In this document: in pieces, positions 9,776 through 21,177 of the stretch | Layout: each line of letters opens with the position of its first letter | Numbering within the stretch: the first letter of the stretch is position 1 | IMG/VR virus record: IMGVR_UViG_3300009504_000946 | Span: 2,558 to 66,557 of that record | Reading direction: 5' to 3' (one strand) | Source: a virus | DNA: 64,000 nt | The notes under the pieces: generated by a model | Seen by the model: only the letters and a program-made list of their open reading frames with translations | Databases searched by the model: none | Told to the model about the DNA's origin: nothing | Position numbers and translations under genes: made by a program

Positions 9776-11218
9776 TTAATCTTGTTCTGGCACGTCTGGA
9801 GCAAAATCCTCACCGCTATCTCTATAGCTTTCGTCAGAAATTTTATCTCTATAATCCATTTCTTCCTTTGTATTCCAACCTAAGCCTTCTTCTGATTCAC
9901 ACTCTTCATCAATTGAATCTTCATCATCTTGGGAAATTGGAACCAGACCAATTCTCTTCGAATTATCTTCTCCCTTAAGCGTGTTATCCTTAAGGTAGTG
10001 AGCATTTCTAATTGTGTTTACAGTCCTAAGCTCATGCTCAACTTCGTTGATAATCCAATCAACATCGTAATCTACAATATCAAGTGTGTCAACTTTTCTC
10101 ATAATCATCTTAACAGATGCAAAAACATGAGAACCAGTTAATTTAGAATCATAGAAAAGGTCAATAATTTTGCTATCTGTAAAATTCTCAGCAGATTTAT
10201 GAGTTTTTCCATATTGAAAATTATGTCTAAGAGACTTCAAGATGATGTCTTTAATATTTTGCTTTGTAATTGTGTCGAAAGACATAATTTTATCAAAACG
10301 TCCTGGTCTTTGAGCTGCAAGGTCAAGAAGGTCGATTGAGTTTGTTGTTGCAATAATACCAACTCCAGGACTAATCTTATCAGTGCCATCAAGTGCATCA
10401 AGGAATGTTCCAAGTGAGCGTGAGAATCCACCCTTGTTTCTTGAACCAAGTGAAAGGTCAAGGTCATCAAATATAATTAAGCATGGAGAAAGAAGTTCTG
10501 CAAGCTCAATTTTCTCTTTTAGAGCATCACACACAACAGTCTTAATGATTGTAACACCATGACTCTTCAAAATGTTTGAAATAGCGAGAGTTGATTCTGT
10601 CTTACCAGTTCCTGGAGTACCTGCAAACAGGTATCTCATAATTTCACCCTTCTTCTCGAAAAGTCCAGTAAAAAGCTTAAGGTCTTCCATGATTTCCTTA
10701 GGAAGATATATGTCACCATAATCTCTCTTCTCAAGAGCTCTCTTATCCCATGCCAACTCATTATATGGCATTATGAAATAAGAACCCTTAAGGTTTGAGT
10801 GAGCAAGCGCTCCATAAACAATTTTTTTGTATATGAACTCTGAATTCACATAGGATGACTTATTTGATGTAAATGAGATTGAGCTCACCCAGTTCCCATC
10901 AACCTGAAATCTTGATAAAACAACAAAGATAGAAAATTCATCTTTGTAATCTAAGTCAACCTTATAATTAATGCTTCCGTTAGCTCTCTCTGGAAGATTC
11001 TCAACATAATTGTTTCTTCCATCAACAAATCCACGAACTGTAAACCCTTGTTCCTTCTGCATTTTTTTTCTATCATTTAACACATTGAAGTAGTCAAATA
11101 TAATCTTCAACATCGGTGTGTTAATTTGTTGACTATGATTTAATCTTGCAGAATAATCATTTTTTACTTCATGAAGAACATCCTTCTTAAGTTGTTCGAA
11201 ATTCATTTTATCTTCCAT
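9776..11218 (-). CDS. AAA+ ATPase
   Basis: GTPGTGKT, IIFDDLD, IATTN, QRPGRFD. Confidence 0.9.
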   Translation of the reverse strand: MEDKMNFEQLKKDVLHEVKNDYSARLNHSQQINTPMLKIIFDYFNVLNDRKKMQKEQGFTVRGFVDGRNNYVENLPERANGSINYKVDLDYKDEFSIFVVLSRFQVDGNWVSSISFTSNKSSYVNSEFIYKKIVYGALAHSNLKGSYFIMPYNELAWDKRALEKRDYGDIYLPKEIMEDLKLFTGLFEKKGEIMRYLFAGTPGTGKTESTLAISNILKSHGVTIIKTVVCDALKEKIELAELLSPCLIIFDDLDLSLGSRNKGGFSRSLGTFLDALDGTDKISPGVGIIATTNSIDLLDLAAQRPGRFDKIMSFDTITKQNIKDIILKSLRHNFQYGKTHKSAENFTDSKIIDLFYDSKLTGSHVFASVKMIMRKVDTLDIVDYDVDWIINEVEHELRTVNTIRNAHYLKDNTLKGEDNSKRIGLVPISQDDEDSIDEECESEEGLGWNTKEEMDYRDKISDESYRDSGEDFAPDVPEQD

Positions 11219-11269
11219 ACTTTTTTTGTTATTTATTTGTCGCTTAAACTCTCTAATACTTTTTTAATT

Positions 11270-12037
11270 TTATAAAACTTCAGCTTTAAATGTATCCATG
11301 TCAAGATTCATTCTATATGAAGCCCCACTCTTACCATTTCTGTTTTTTATAACCTTGACTGTAAAATTATTCTTTTTTCTCCAGAACAGCAAGAAATTTA
11401 TCAATTTTTTCCAAAAACTTTCTCTTTCTCTCTGAACACCTATGATATAGTCACTCTGCTCAACCAAAGACCTTGAGTTATTCATAAAATCAATCAAATT
11501 TTTGCTCATAAATTCATCAAGATATTTTTTGGCTTCCTGAGAACTTTGTATTTCAATAGCTGGCATATCAACTTGCTTAATAATAATAGGTGTAATTTTT
11601 TGTGTAAGAGCAAGAATTCTTGCCGTGGAAACCACAAGCTCATCGTCTCCTGGTCTGACCTTATTATTCTTAACGAATTCAATAATGTCAAAAAACACAT
11701 AATTAAGAACACACTCATCCTTAACTTTCTTAATAGTATCTTCAACAAACTTTAACCAATCCATTTCTCCAGGAATTTGATGCGTGTCGATGACTGCAAA
11801 GTTTCCATTTATTTCACCTGGACTCTCCTCATGCTTAAGAGCAGATTGCATAAAGTCATAAATCTTAATAGAATCGTGTGAAAATGAAAAATATAATACA
11901 TTTTCACCCTGCTTCATCAAATCAATCGCTTGAGCAACTGGGAACATTATGCTTTCCTCCATAGGAAGGCATACAACAGTTACAACATCATTATTTTTTA
12001 AGGTCTCAGCTGTGTATAATTTTTTAAAATCATTCAT
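11270..12037 (-). CDS. Degenerate DnaB-C/RecA-fold protein
   Basis: NVLYFSF, SLVEQSDYIIGV, VIKNRNG; no Walker A. Confidence 0.5.
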   Translation of the reverse strand: MNDFKKLYTAETLKNNDVVTVVCLPMEESIMFPVAQAIDLMKQGENVLYFSFSHDSIKIYDFMQSALKHEESPGEINGNFAVIDTHQIPGEMDWLKFVEDTIKKVKDECVLNYVFFDIIEFVKNNKVRPGDDELVVSTARILALTQKITPIIIKQVDMPAIEIQSSQEAKKYLDEFMSKNLIDFMNNSRSLVEQSDYIIGVQRERESFWKKLINFLLFWRKKNNFTVKVIKNRNGKSGASYRMNLDMDTFKAEVL

Positions 12038-12446
12038 TATTATAAGGTTTACAAATTTCTACTACTCTCTTACAAGTTGGAACGTCAAACATTCCAATGT
12101 GTGTATCTTCAATTCTCAATCCAAGCTGTATTGAAAGCCAAATATAAGATTTTTTTCGATAAGTTGTATCTGGCATATATTTGTCAAACACACTCTTTAT
12201 CTTTTTCTCTTTCCAAAGCACATCAAAATATTTATGTGCCTCTTTCTTCCAAAATCTAAGCTCATTATTAGCAAGCCTACCAAGTGGAGTTGTTGTTTCT
12301 GGGTGACATCCAACAAAACTATCGCAAAGAGGGAAGTTCTCACATGCATGTACTGGGCCGAAGTCTCTACCATTGTATATAAAGGCGCTACTCATGTGTA
12401 ATTGCGACTTTCCTTGGCAATATGGACACACTAAAGAATTATTCAT
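12030..12446 (-). CDS. Zinc-finger protein (DUF3268-like)
   Basis: CPYC, VGCHP..PLGRLAN.ELR...AH..FD.LW, THIGMFD. Confidence 0.8.
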   Translation of the reverse strand: MNNSLVCPYCQGKSQLHMSSAFIYNGRDFGPVHACENFPLCDSFVGCHPETTTPLGRLANNELRFWKKEAHKYFDVLWKEKKIKSVFDKYMPDTTYRKKSYIWLSIQLGLRIEDTHIGMFDVPTCKRVVEICKPYNNE

Positions 12447-14170
12447 TATTTTTTATTAAGTAAAACTATTTCATTACCCTCCCAGGCCAGTATTCCAGCA
12501 TCACACTTGTACAATACGGTTTGAGAAGTAACAACACTGCAATTCATCTCTCCAACTTTCTCAAAGTCATTGGTTCGATAGATTTCTATCTTGTCATCCA
12601 CTGGAAGGAATATCATACCATCAGTTTCAGCTTTTCCTCTACTATCAACATTAGGGAAAAATGCGAAGTTAGAAAATGAATCAATGTCACTACTTGATAA
12701 TTTCATCTTAAGCCCATCAATCTTGAAAAACTTAAACCTAACCTTACCTTTTTCAATGTATTGAATAATTCCAACATTCTTATCCTGATACAAACCGTTT
12801 AGGTGAGCAATTGGGGATGATACAATTGATATGTTTCTTCCAGAGTTGTAGAATATATTCTGCTTTCCACCCGAATTGTGAATAAAGCCATTTTGATTAT
12901 TGAAACCTTTTCCATATACACCAATATGCTCTGTTATTACGGTTCCAGCGCCAACTTGGTCGATAAACAATTTATACATGTCATCTGGACCTATGACAAT
13001 TAATATGTCACCCATCTGAGTTATTATGTGTCTATCTGGAAATGTGAAGTTCTTCAATACTTCGGTTGAGCCATCTTTCTTATACTGCCATAGCTCATTT
13101 CCTTTTTTCATTAGAATATTCTCATTTCCAATGAATACCTTATCCCACTTTGACTTTTCTAATCTGTGCTTGAGAGATAAATATCCCTTATTGCTTGAGT
13201 CATAAATGATATATTCATTTTTTGTCTCGACAACACCTTGTTTATTAAGAAAAAAGATGTTTACAACTTCTACTCCTTGATTTATCATTGTAATAATAAG
13301 GTCATCTTGTTCATATTTCTTAACAAGAGATGGTTTTGGCAATGGACTTGTAGCTATTATAGAACTGTCAACACCTGTGAGAGATAATAAAAATCTTTCT
13401 CCACCAAGATAAAACTTCTTGAACTGGTCCATAAAGTTTTTATCCTGTATTGGCTCGTAACACTTAGGTATTGTTATATCTGGGTCACCAATAAATACTG
13501 GCAACTTATGAATCATCCTGTCACCAATCTTCTTATACACCTTGTGCATTCCTTTAAATGGGTGCAGAAATGCAAGCATATTAAATGTTAATATGGACAA
13601 GGCGAAGTAATCACTTTCCTTCCCAACTCTTCCTTGATAGTAATAATCCCTTACTTCATCAAGAAGAATGCGAGAATGTGGAAATCCTGGAGTCTCATAA
13701 GAATCTGTATCAATCAATTTTATTACACCCTTGTCGTTTACAAGAATGTTAAATGGATTTAAGTCTCCAATTATTACATTCTCATTATGAGCATACTTAA
13801 CTGCAGCAATCAGTTTCTCAATGACTTTCATTTTTAATTTCTTGTCAATACCATGAGTCTTACAAAAATTTTTATTTGACAAATTTGCAAGTTGAAAAAA
13901 GCTTTGGTCAACATATTTCATCGTATATCCAATAACAACACCGCTGGTGTCATATAATAATTCAATTGGAGCAACAAAATAGTTTGGGTCAAGACCAGAT
14001 AAGAATTGAAATTTCTTGATGTTTATGGGTTTAATTCCTGGGTGGTAAATTTTAGCAACCGTACTTGAATCTACCTCATACACAGTTCCTTCTCCTCCAG
14101 ATGCAAGTTCCTTGCTTGTTTGAATATCAATAGGCTTACCGTGAATATTTTTACATTTAATTACCGACAT
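12446..14170 (-). CDS. Ser/Thr protein kinase (TerY-P/YegI-like)
   Basis: ASGGEGTVY, VAKIYH, IGDLNPFNILV, IDTDSY. Confidence 0.85.
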   Translation of the reverse strand: MSVIKCKNIHGKPIDIQTSKELASGGEGTVYEVDSSTVAKIYHPGIKPINIKKFQFLSGLDPNYFVAPIELLYDTSGVVIGYTMKYVDQSFFQLANLSNKNFCKTHGIDKKLKMKVIEKLIAAVKYAHNENVIIGDLNPFNILVNDKGVIKLIDTDSYETPGFPHSRILLDEVRDYYYQGRVGKESDYFALSILTFNMLAFLHPFKGMHKVYKKIGDRMIHKLPVFIGDPDITIPKCYEPIQDKNFMDQFKKFYLGGERFLLSLTGVDSSIIATSPLPKPSLVKKYEQDDLIITMINQGVEVVNIFFLNKQGVVETKNEYIIYDSSNKGYLSLKHRLEKSKWDKVFIGNENILMKKGNELWQYKKDGSTEVLKNFTFPDRHIITQMGDILIVIGPDDMYKLFIDQVGAGTVITEHIGVYGKGFNNQNGFIHNSGGKQNIFYNSGRNISIVSSPIAHLNGLYQDKNVGIIQYIEKGKVRFKFFKIDGLKMKLSSSDIDSFSNFAFFPNVDSRGKAETDGMIFLPVDDKIEIYRTNDFEKVGEMNCSVVTSQTVLYKCDAGILAWEGNEIVLLNKK

Positions 14171-14495
14171 GTTTTTTATCTTTAATGTTATTAAACCATG
14201 AAATTACTTGATTTCTTTGATTGTTATAATCACCATCGCTTAATTCAAATGGAAGGAAACCTTCAATGTTTTTTGTATACTTAAATCTATTTCTAACAAA
14301 CAATGCAGTTTCGGTTATTTTACCAATTGGTATAATTTGATGCCAATTCTCTTCTTCATCACCCAGTACAAATAAAAAAAGAGTATATTTACCAATTTTA
14401 ATATTTTTAACACCAAAGAAATCACTAATATTTTTAGCTTCTTCTTCATTGTTTATATATATGTCTGGATACAATCGTACAGGATATAATTCCAT
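14157..14495 (-). CDS. Hypothetical protein
   Basis: Packed ORF. Confidence 0.55.
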   Translation of the reverse strand: MELYPVRLYPDIYINNEEEAKNISDFFGVKNIKIGKYTLFLFVLGDEEENWHQIIPIGKITETALFVRNRFKYTKNIEGFLPFELSDGDYNNQRNQVISWFNNIKDKKHVGN

Positions 14496-14497
14496 TT

Positions 14498-15259
14498 TTA
14501 TTCTTCTTCTGATTTAAAAATCAATCTTATCATGCTGATGTCATCTCTGTGGATTGTTTTGTACTTTGACTTAAGTACATTCACCTTCTTGGATAACATA
14601 ATTTTATTATTGCACCACGTGTCATCTATCAATAAAAATTCCACTGGGTCAACTTCCACTTCTGGTGTCTTAAAAGTAAGAATTCCATCTGTTGATATGC
14701 TTATGTCTTTTGGGTCAATGAATTTATTTACCTTAACATGCTCATCATACCAGTGGTTGAAATAAGTTCTATCAAGTCCAAGGTCAACCAAGTCATAGGC
14801 GATGTAATCTGGCATATCCTTATATGTTGTTGGATGTGTGAACTTAAACCTATCATTCTCCAATATGATTAAAGTTCCATCGCAATGAATTACTCCATCA
14901 CCAACAGTTAGTGTTAGAGCCTCGCCATGAACCTTATCATATATAAGCATTACAAAAGTAGCAAGCATGTCATTATCTTCCAGGTGAAGAGAAACTTTAA
15001 TTTCGAATAACTTCTTAACAAAATTTTGAACAAAGTTCTTAGCTTTCTCCTCTATTGTATTTCCAGCCATTGCCCCCTCACCTATTATCTGCTTAAATAT
15101 TTTTCCAAATAGTGATGATGCAAAGTGTGAGTCATTTCCTCCGCTGCACCCATCGAATACAACTCCAAGAAAATATCTACCTGAATCTCCAGTGTCTATG
15201 AAATCTTCACAGAAGATTGGGTGGTCTTCACCCTTACGAATAACTGAATGAATTTTCAT
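14498..15259 (-). CDS. PP2C-family protein phosphatase
   Basis: HPIFCED, VFDGCSG, VGDG, STDG, RDDISM. Confidence 0.85.
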   Translation of the reverse strand: MKIHSVIRKGEDHPIFCEDFIDTGDSGRYFLGVVFDGCSGGNDSHFASSLFGKIFKQIIGEGAMAGNTIEEKAKNFVQNFVKKLFEIKVSLHLEDNDMLATFVMLIYDKVHGEALTLTVGDGVIHCDGTLIILENDRFKFTHPTTYKDMPDYIAYDLVDLGLDRTYFNHWYDEHVKVNKFIDPKDISISTDGILTFKTPEVEVDPVEFLLIDDTWCNNKIMLSKKVNVLKSKYKTIHRDDISMIRLIFKSEEE

Positions 15260-15453
15260 CTTAAAACTTCATTTAAAAGATTAATTCCTATAGTTGCCCA
15301 TGTACTTCTTCTTTCTCTAACTGGGATATAATGCGTTGAGTCATTAATTCCAGGAACAAATAATAACATTCCAATTACAGTTAATACAAGAATTATAGAT
15401 GCTACAATCCAAGCAAACAAAAGCCATGCTGCTTTTTCTTTATTTTTATCCAT
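15256..15453 (-). CDS. Small membrane protein
   Basis: Hydrophobic helix WLLFAWIVASIILVLTVIGMLLF. Confidence 0.5.
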   Translation of the reverse strand: MDKNKEKAAWLLFAWIVASIILVLTVIGMLLFVPGINDSTHYIPVRERRSTWATIGINLLNEVLR

Positions 15454-15658
15454 TATATTCAATATTTAATACCCACTGAAGAGTTTCGATTTCTTTCTTA
15501 AGAACTTCATACTCTGATTCTATTTTTAGAAAATCAGCCACATAAACATCTTCTCCACTTTGCTTCTGCTCAATAGAAGAGAAATAGGCTTCCTCAGCCT
15601 GCTCAAACTCTGGAGTAAGCTCTGCAATTTTTTGTAATATTTCTTCTCTATTTTTCAT
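15446..15658 (-). CDS. Hypothetical coiled-coil protein
   Basis: Packed ORF. Confidence 0.55.
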   Translation of the reverse strand: MKNREEILQKIAELTPEFEQAEEAYFSSIEQKQSGEDVYVADFLKIESEYEVLKKEIETLQWVLNIEYNG

Positions 15659-15664
15659 TCTTCT

Positions 15665-15695
15665 AAAAAAAAGGAGGACTACACCGTCCTCCTTT
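15665..15695 (-). terminator. Intrinsic terminator
   Basis: AAAGGAGGAC-loop-GTCCTCCTTT plus T run. Confidence 0.7.
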
Positions 15696-15719
15696 AGATA
15701 TAGTACCTATAAAATTCTC

Positions 15720-16433
15720 TTAGAAGTTAGGGGTAGAGATAGCAGTGCCACCTCCACTTGCAGAAGATACAGAAGAAGAGATGAAATTAATCATTTTCTT
15801 GATGTCATCTGCACTATCAGCAATCGTTGCTACATTCTTAATCCCCATGTCTTCAGCAGCTTGCTTGAAGTATCCATCCATTCCTTGACCAATTCCAAAA
15901 AGAATTGCTTCAAAACTTGAGAAGTTTCTCTCCTCCTTAAGAAGATTTGTGATGATGTCCTTAACATCAGAAGGCCTGCATTTTGAGGCATTGTCATAAC
16001 CATCAGTGATTACAAAAAGAAGAGTCTTGCAGTTTACACCTGCGCTCTCAAGACCATTTCTATAGTCAAGAGCATTTGTGAGAGCAACTTTTGTTCCTTC
16101 ATAAAGAGCTGTCATTCCTCCGATAGATTTACTAAAATCAATGCTTGGAACCTGACTGATTGGTTGGAATCCACTTCTAACTTTTACATTAGATTCGAAT
16201 TCAACAATTGATACGAATAATTTTTCAGAAACGTGAGACTTCTGCATTCTCTGCACAAACTCATTCATCCCCTTGTTTAATTCGTTTACATATCCACCCA
16301 CTGAGCCTGATACATCAATGGCGAATACAGCATTAATTGTGTCTTCCACTTCTACATCCTCTGGATTAAAATTTCCGAAGTTGTAATCAAAGTCCACATT
16401 GTTATCGCTTTTATTTTGCGTAGCTGAGTCCAT
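15720..16433 (-). CDS. vWA domain protein (TerY-like)
   Basis: MIDAS motif IDVSGS, GGMTALY, VITDG. Confidence 0.85.
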   Translation of the reverse strand: MDSATQNKSDNNVDFDYNFGNFNPEDVEVEDTINAVFAIDVSGSVGGYVNELNKGMNEFVQRMQKSHVSEKLFVSIVEFESNVKVRSGFQPISQVPSIDFSKSIGGMTALYEGTKVALTNALDYRNGLESAGVNCKTLLFVITDGYDNASKCRPSDVKDIITNLLKEERNFSSFEAILFGIGQGMDGYFKQAAEDMGIKNVATIADSADDIKKMINFISSSVSSASGGGTAISTPNF

Positions 16434-16458
16434 AATAATTTATTTTTTTTGTTTATAT

Positions 16459-16487
16459 AAAAAACCTGGGGAACTATTCCCCAAGTT
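16459..16487 (-). terminator. Intrinsic terminator
   Basis: AACTTGGGGAA-loop-TTCCCCAGGTT plus T run. Confidence 0.6.
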
Positions 16488-16494
16488 GATATTC

Positions 16495-17337
16495 TTATGC
16501 AGTAATTGGAGTACCTGACGTTACAGAAAGGTTTTCTTTAACTGTAGTTGAAAATCTAACCCCAAGAGCCTTAGCTTCATCATATATTGGTTGAGCAAGC
16601 TCACCAAATGTTGGAGTTGTCCCAGGTCCCATTGGCCCACCAGGAACGTCAGACATTGCATCAGTCAAGATAACAAACTTCTTAGCAAGGTTTGGAGCTT
16701 TTCTAACAACTTGCTTCAAAGTATTCGCAACACAATGTGATTGTGCTTGACCTGCAAGATAAACAACATCATACTTTTCAAGAGTTTGTTGAAGCTCAAG
16801 ATTATACTGAGTCATCGGCATGTTTTTAATTGGAACCTGAGCCTCAAATGCACCGAAGTGTTCAGTATCTGGGTGTGTTCCCTTAGTTACGTAGCGAATT
16901 GAGTGACCCAATCTTGACCAAGTTTGAAGTGCTTGATTGATTTTGTCATCAATAGCATGACCAATTGTTCCAACAAGGCAGTGTTCTGGCCAAATTACGT
17001 GAACATACTCGCCTTCATCTTCAAGAGCTTGAAGATAGTCAAGGGCGTGCTGCGGTTTAACAGCACTCCACTTTCCACTATTTAAGTCAGCAACTGTGAT
17101 TGCCGTAAATGGAGCTGGCCTGTTTCCGTCTTTATCTCTCCAGTATTCTGGATGAGCAATGTCATGGATTTGATGTGAGTCAAGAGTACAAGCAATGTAG
17201 TCAATTGACTTCTTGTTGTTCAAAATCCATTGAGATAATCTTTCGTTATCTTCTTGAGCTCCTGGTACGAATAAAGCGCCAGTTGGGCTGCAGAAGTCGT
17301 TTTGAGCATCAATAATCAAGAGTGCGATTTTTTTCAT
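16495..17337 (-). CDS. Nicotinamidase/isochorismatase-family cysteine hydrolase
   Basis: IIDAQNDFC, LDSH, WPEHC, KG, GQAQSHCV. Confidence 0.85.
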   Translation of the reverse strand: MKKIALLIIDAQNDFCSPTGALFVPGAQEDNERLSQWILNNKKSIDYIACTLDSHQIHDIAHPEYWRDKDGNRPAPFTAITVADLNSGKWSAVKPQHALDYLQALEDEGEYVHVIWPEHCLVGTIGHAIDDKINQALQTWSRLGHSIRYVTKGTHPDTEHFGAFEAQVPIKNMPMTQYNLELQQTLEKYDVVYLAGQAQSHCVANTLKQVVRKAPNLAKKFVILTDAMSDVPGGPMGPGTTPTFGELAQPIYDEAKALGVRFSTTVKENLSVTSGTPITA

Positions 17338-17361
17338 GATGTTTTATTTTATTTTATTTTA

Positions 17362-17393
17362 CAAATTTACTTACTTATTTTACCTTATCCAAA
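17362..17393 (-). promoter_or_regulatory. Bacteroidota-type promoter
   Basis: TTTG-N20-TAAATTTG. Confidence 0.6.
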
Positions 17394-18457
17394 TTTTTAT
17401 TCTTCAAATCTCTTAATTGCTCAATTAATTTTTTTTCATCTTCCGAATATTCACCTGGAACTTCAAGAGCCAATTCTACTACATAATCTCCAAAAGCATT
17501 TTCATATCCAGGCCCTGGTTTTATTTGTGGAGGCAAGTTTAAAATTGGCATACCACGACCCTTCATTCTATATGATTTTCCATTTTGAGTTCCTGGCTCA
17601 ACCACAAAGGTAAGAAACTTACCCTCTACTGTTGGCACCTCTATCTTTGTTCCAAGAACAAGGTCTTCATAGCTAATTTTATGTCTATGTAACAAAGAAG
17701 CGCCTCTTCTCTCAAATTTGTCATGCTTTAACTCTTCAATTATAAAGACAACATCTCCACGGTCTGCTCCACTTACCCTTGAGTAATGTCCTTTCCCTTC
17801 TGCGGCTATACTTTGACCATGCTCAACCCCTCGTGGGAAGGTTACGACAGCATTTTCATTTTCTATTTCCACCCCACTCCCATGACAAGTTGTGCAAGAT
17901 TCAATAATCACCCTTCCAGTACCAGAACATTTACTACAAGTAGAAGTTCTTTGCATAAAGTGAGCACCAGCTCTCAGTATTTTAGTTTCCTGTCCACTAC
18001 CACCGCAAGTTGTACACGTATGAAATGCTGTTCCATTTTTGGCTCCATTTCCAGTGCAACTTGAACAGATTTTCTGAACAGCATATGAAACCTCTTTGTC
18101 ACATCCATTATAACACTCCTCAAGAGTTAGAGATATTTTTACGTGAGCGTTTTTTCCTTTTGCAGCCTGTCTGCCAAATTCATTCATAAAATGCTCATAG
18201 TGACTTCCAAATCCACCATAACCTCCAGAAGCAGCCTTATCCCAATCGTGGCCATATTTATTATACAGCTTTCTTTTTTCTGGGTCACTCAACACATCAT
18301 TAGCCTCGTTGATTTCCTTAAACTTTTCTTCAGCCTCTTTATTGTCTGGATTTTTATCAGGATGATATTTCATAGCCATCTTACGATACGCCTTCTTGAT
18401 TTCATCATCAGAAGCCCCACTTTGCAGTCCTAATATTTCGTAATAATCTCTTTTCAT
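17375..18457 (-). CDS. dnaJ: Chaperone DnaJ
   Basis: J domain with HPD, four CxxCxGxG repeats, C-terminal domain. Confidence 0.95.
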   Translation of the reverse strand: MKRDYYEILGLQSGASDDEIKKAYRKMAMKYHPDKNPDNKEAEEKFKEINEANDVLSDPEKRKLYNKYGHDWDKAASGGYGGFGSHYEHFMNEFGRQAAKGKNAHVKISLTLEECYNGCDKEVSYAVQKICSSCTGNGAKNGTAFHTCTTCGGSGQETKILRAGAHFMQRTSTCSKCSGTGRVIIESCTTCHGSGVEIENENAVVTFPRGVEHGQSIAAEGKGHYSRVSGADRGDVVFIIEELKHDKFERRGASLLHRHKISYEDLVLGTKIEVPTVEGKFLTFVVEPGTQNGKSYRMKGRGMPILNLPPQIKPGPGYENAFGDYVVELALEVPGEYSEDEKKLIEQLRDLKNKNLDKVK

Positions 18458-21141
18458 TATAATCTTGGGTCAAGTTCTTTTTCATTTCTCTCTTCAAGGA
18501 CCATTTCTCCATAAGCCTGGATAAAATGCTCATTTTCCTTGTTAATTAAATTATATGGAATTTCAAGGATTCTCTTTCCTATTTCCCACTCCTTTACAGA
18601 AACCTCAAGTTTTCTCTTAATTCTCTTTCTTTGAATTAATTTTGTGAACTTGGATTCAATTTGATAATCTGGGCCATAAACAATGGTTAAGTATCTTGGG
18701 TTACGAACTTTAATTGAGGGGGCCACGCCTTTAACATAAACAGTTAGGGGCTTAAGCATAATTCCCTCCATCTCATCAATCAATGTGGTCTTGTCATAAA
18801 AAGTCTTAAGCAATTCTATGTCCTCCTGATTGTTAACGTCAACAACAAGATAGTTATCTGAATTAATTCCCTTGTAGATGTCCTCGTTTGACTCATTGAA
18901 AAACAGTTTCTCTGTTCCATCCTCGAACACCTCTTTCAAAATAGAAAATGGTTTAAAGTAAACGTCTCCATCTGCACCATATAGCTCAATTTGACGTGAG
19001 TATATTTTTGTAAGGGCTTCAAGTTCATCAATACCTGGAAATTCTCTCACATAATCTTTTATACATCTAAACGTTCTCTCATTATTAGAGCCAATCAAAT
19101 CGGATAAGTCTTTTTTTGAAGTCTTATTGGAGATTTTTTCAAAATCACAATCCTTATATGGACCATTGTAAACATTTTCTAAAGCTTTATCAAACCCTGT
19201 TGTCTTCAAAAACTCTATTTCACTTGAGATAGCCTTGTCAACAGTTACGAAACTACTTTCAATTAACCCTCGCCCAATTGCTGACCAAGGAAGAAGTTCT
19301 GCATCTAAAATTATTAGCTCAGTATTCTTACTAAAAGCTTCCTTGATATATGGCAAGTCATATAGTGGCTTGTAAGCCTCTGTTAAGTCAACCTGTGTTT
19401 CCTTGATGATGTGGCCACCTCTTGATGTTGTATAATTCTTCTCTGGGTTCTTAAAAAGATATATATTGGCTCTTGAACCCATATACTTAGGTTGAGCAAT
19501 AATTTTTTCAACACCCTTCCTTCTAAAATACTCTATACCTTGTTCGAGAGACTCAAGCTGACTATCAGCAAGTATAATATTCTTATCCTCATCCTTAGCT
19601 AATAATTTATCAGCTGGGCACACAGTTCCAGAAATAAAATTTACCTTATTTTCTGCAGCCGTAAGTATTCTATCCCTTTCACGTCCCTCAAGTGTGTCAA
19701 TAGATATTTTTGCTATTGGAGCCGCAAAAAACTCTTCAAGATTCTTCTTAACAATTTTTTCATTATCGTGAGCAGAAATCTTATTCACAAAATGACGACC
19801 ACTGCTATTGATATTTATAGAGGTTAAGTGACCACCGCTAACAGCTCCAGAGTCAATGTTTATTTTATTGTACAGCTTGGACATTCCCTTGCTCGACACA
19901 TGACCGAATAAGTGAATTGGCAGAGACCTGCTTGCTTGGTCTCTAAAAAACTTAAAGAATTTTGACTTAGCAGCCATATAATCTTGAGGATTGCCAAATT
20001 CTATTTCTTTTGGATATACGATTGTTCTCTGATTTCTTTCTGATACTGAACCGAGTTTTCCAAGATACTTTTGGTCACAAGGCGCATGAGTAACAATAAA
20101 GTCTTCATGCTTTAAAAAAGGCTTCATAGATTCACAAACTACAAAGAATTTCTCTTTTAGCTCCTCATTAGATTCAAACAACTTGATGCTATCGAAATAA
20201 GTATCAATTACATCTTGTGGCGGAAGGTCCTTCGTGGGTATATCGCCCTTGAGGTATCTGTATACGAAATTTTCATGATTACCCTTTACTACATAAAATA
20301 AGTCAAGGTTATTATAGACAAGCTCAATAACACCACCCACATCATAACCTTTATCAACAAGGTCACCAACAAGGATAATTCTCTTATTTTCTTCTACGTG
20401 TGATATTTTCCCATCCTTAATCTCAAATCCATTTCTATCAAGAAGAGCCAAAAACTCTTCATAACAACCATGGATGTCACCGATGGTGGTATAATCAAAT
20501 TCTGAACTTAACAAGCATTCTTGATATTGCTCGTGGTTAATAACATTTATCTCATAGTCCTCAACATCATGAGACTTAACTCTGTAAATGTCCTGGAAGG
20601 TTTTCTTACTAATCTCACGCATTACAGTATCTCTCATATACTCAAGCTGGCGAGATGTAACAGCCTTACTTTCTTCATCACCAATAAATCGGTAATAAGG
20701 CTCCCTACCCTTGTAATCAAACATAATTACAACAAGATTGTAATTATTATCATCTGCAATATTTTTAATGCTGTCACGAAATTCTTTGCTAAGACCAGTT
20801 GTGTCAACAATAACAAAATCAGTGTTGATTGGATATGAAGTCAGGGCCCTAACTCTTGCATCAAGAAGGTTAAAGGCTTGCTTGCTGGCATACATCATCT
20901 TTGGGTCTTTTTTAGATAGATTCATGTCACCAAGAAGTTCTCTTCTAATTTCATCAGAACTAACATGAGAAACAGATGCATTCCCAAGTGCATTAATAGA
21001 TGGCAATATTCTGTTCTCAGCAAAATATGTCTTTCCACAGCCACTTGGACCAACCATTAAAATAATAGTATGCAACCTTAAGTCAATTGTAACAATATCT
21101 TTCCCAGTTAAGGCTTCTTTATTTAAAGTTTGATTCTGCAT
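18457..21141 (-). CDS. pnkp: Polynucleotide kinase-phosphatase-ligase (Pnkp)
   Basis: GPSGCGKT kinase, GDIHGC/GDLVDKG/GNHE phosphoesterase, [24 protein letters not shown] ligase, LDPRL C-terminus; start at MQNQ. Confidence 0.92.
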   Translation of the reverse strand: MQNQTLNKEALTGKDIVTIDLRLHTIILMVGPSGCGKTYFAENRILPSINALGNASVSHVSSDEIRRELLGDMNLSKKDPKMMYASKQAFNLLDARVRALTSYPINTDFVIVDTTGLSKEFRDSIKNIADDNNYNLVVIMFDYKGREPYYRFIGDEESKAVTSRQLEYMRDTVMREISKKTFQDIYRVKSHDVEDYEINVINHEQYQECLLSSEFDYTTIGDIHGCYEEFLALLDRNGFEIKDGKISHVEENKRIILVGDLVDKGYDVGGVIELVYNNLDLFYVVKGNHENFVYRYLKGDIPTKDLPPQDVIDTYFDSIKLFESNEELKEKFFVVCESMKPFLKHEDFIVTHAPCDQKYLGKLGSVSERNQRTIVYPKEIEFGNPQDYMAAKSKFFKFFRDQASRSLPIHLFGHVSSKGMSKLYNKINIDSGAVSGGHLTSININSSGRHFVNKISAHDNEKIVKKNLEEFFAAPIAKISIDTLEGRERDRILTAAENKVNFISGTVCPADKLLAKDEDKNIILADSQLESLEQGIEYFRRKGVEKIIAQPKYMGSRANIYLFKNPEKNYTTSRGGHIIKETQVDLTEAYKPLYDLPYIKEAFSKNTELIILDAELLPWSAIGRGLIESSFVTVDKAISSEIEFLKTTGFDKALENVYNGPYKDCDFEKISNKTSKKDLSDLIGSNNERTFRCIKDYVREFPGIDELEALTKIYSRQIELYGADGDVYFKPFSILKEVFEDGTEKLFFNESNEDIYKGINSDNYLVVDVNNQEDIELLKTFYDKTTLIDEMEGIMLKPLTVYVKGVAPSIKVRNPRYLTIVYGPDYQIESKFTKLIQRKRIKRKLEVSVKEWEIGKRILEIPYNLINKENEHFIQAYGEMVLEERNEKELDPRL

Positions 21142-21151
21142 ATAATTCTTA

Positions 21152-21177
21152 TACGTTAATTTCAAAAAAATGTTTAA
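21152..21177 (-). promoter_or_regulatory. ECF-sigma-type promoter (variant)
   Basis: TTAAAC-N16-CGTATAA. Confidence 0.6.
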
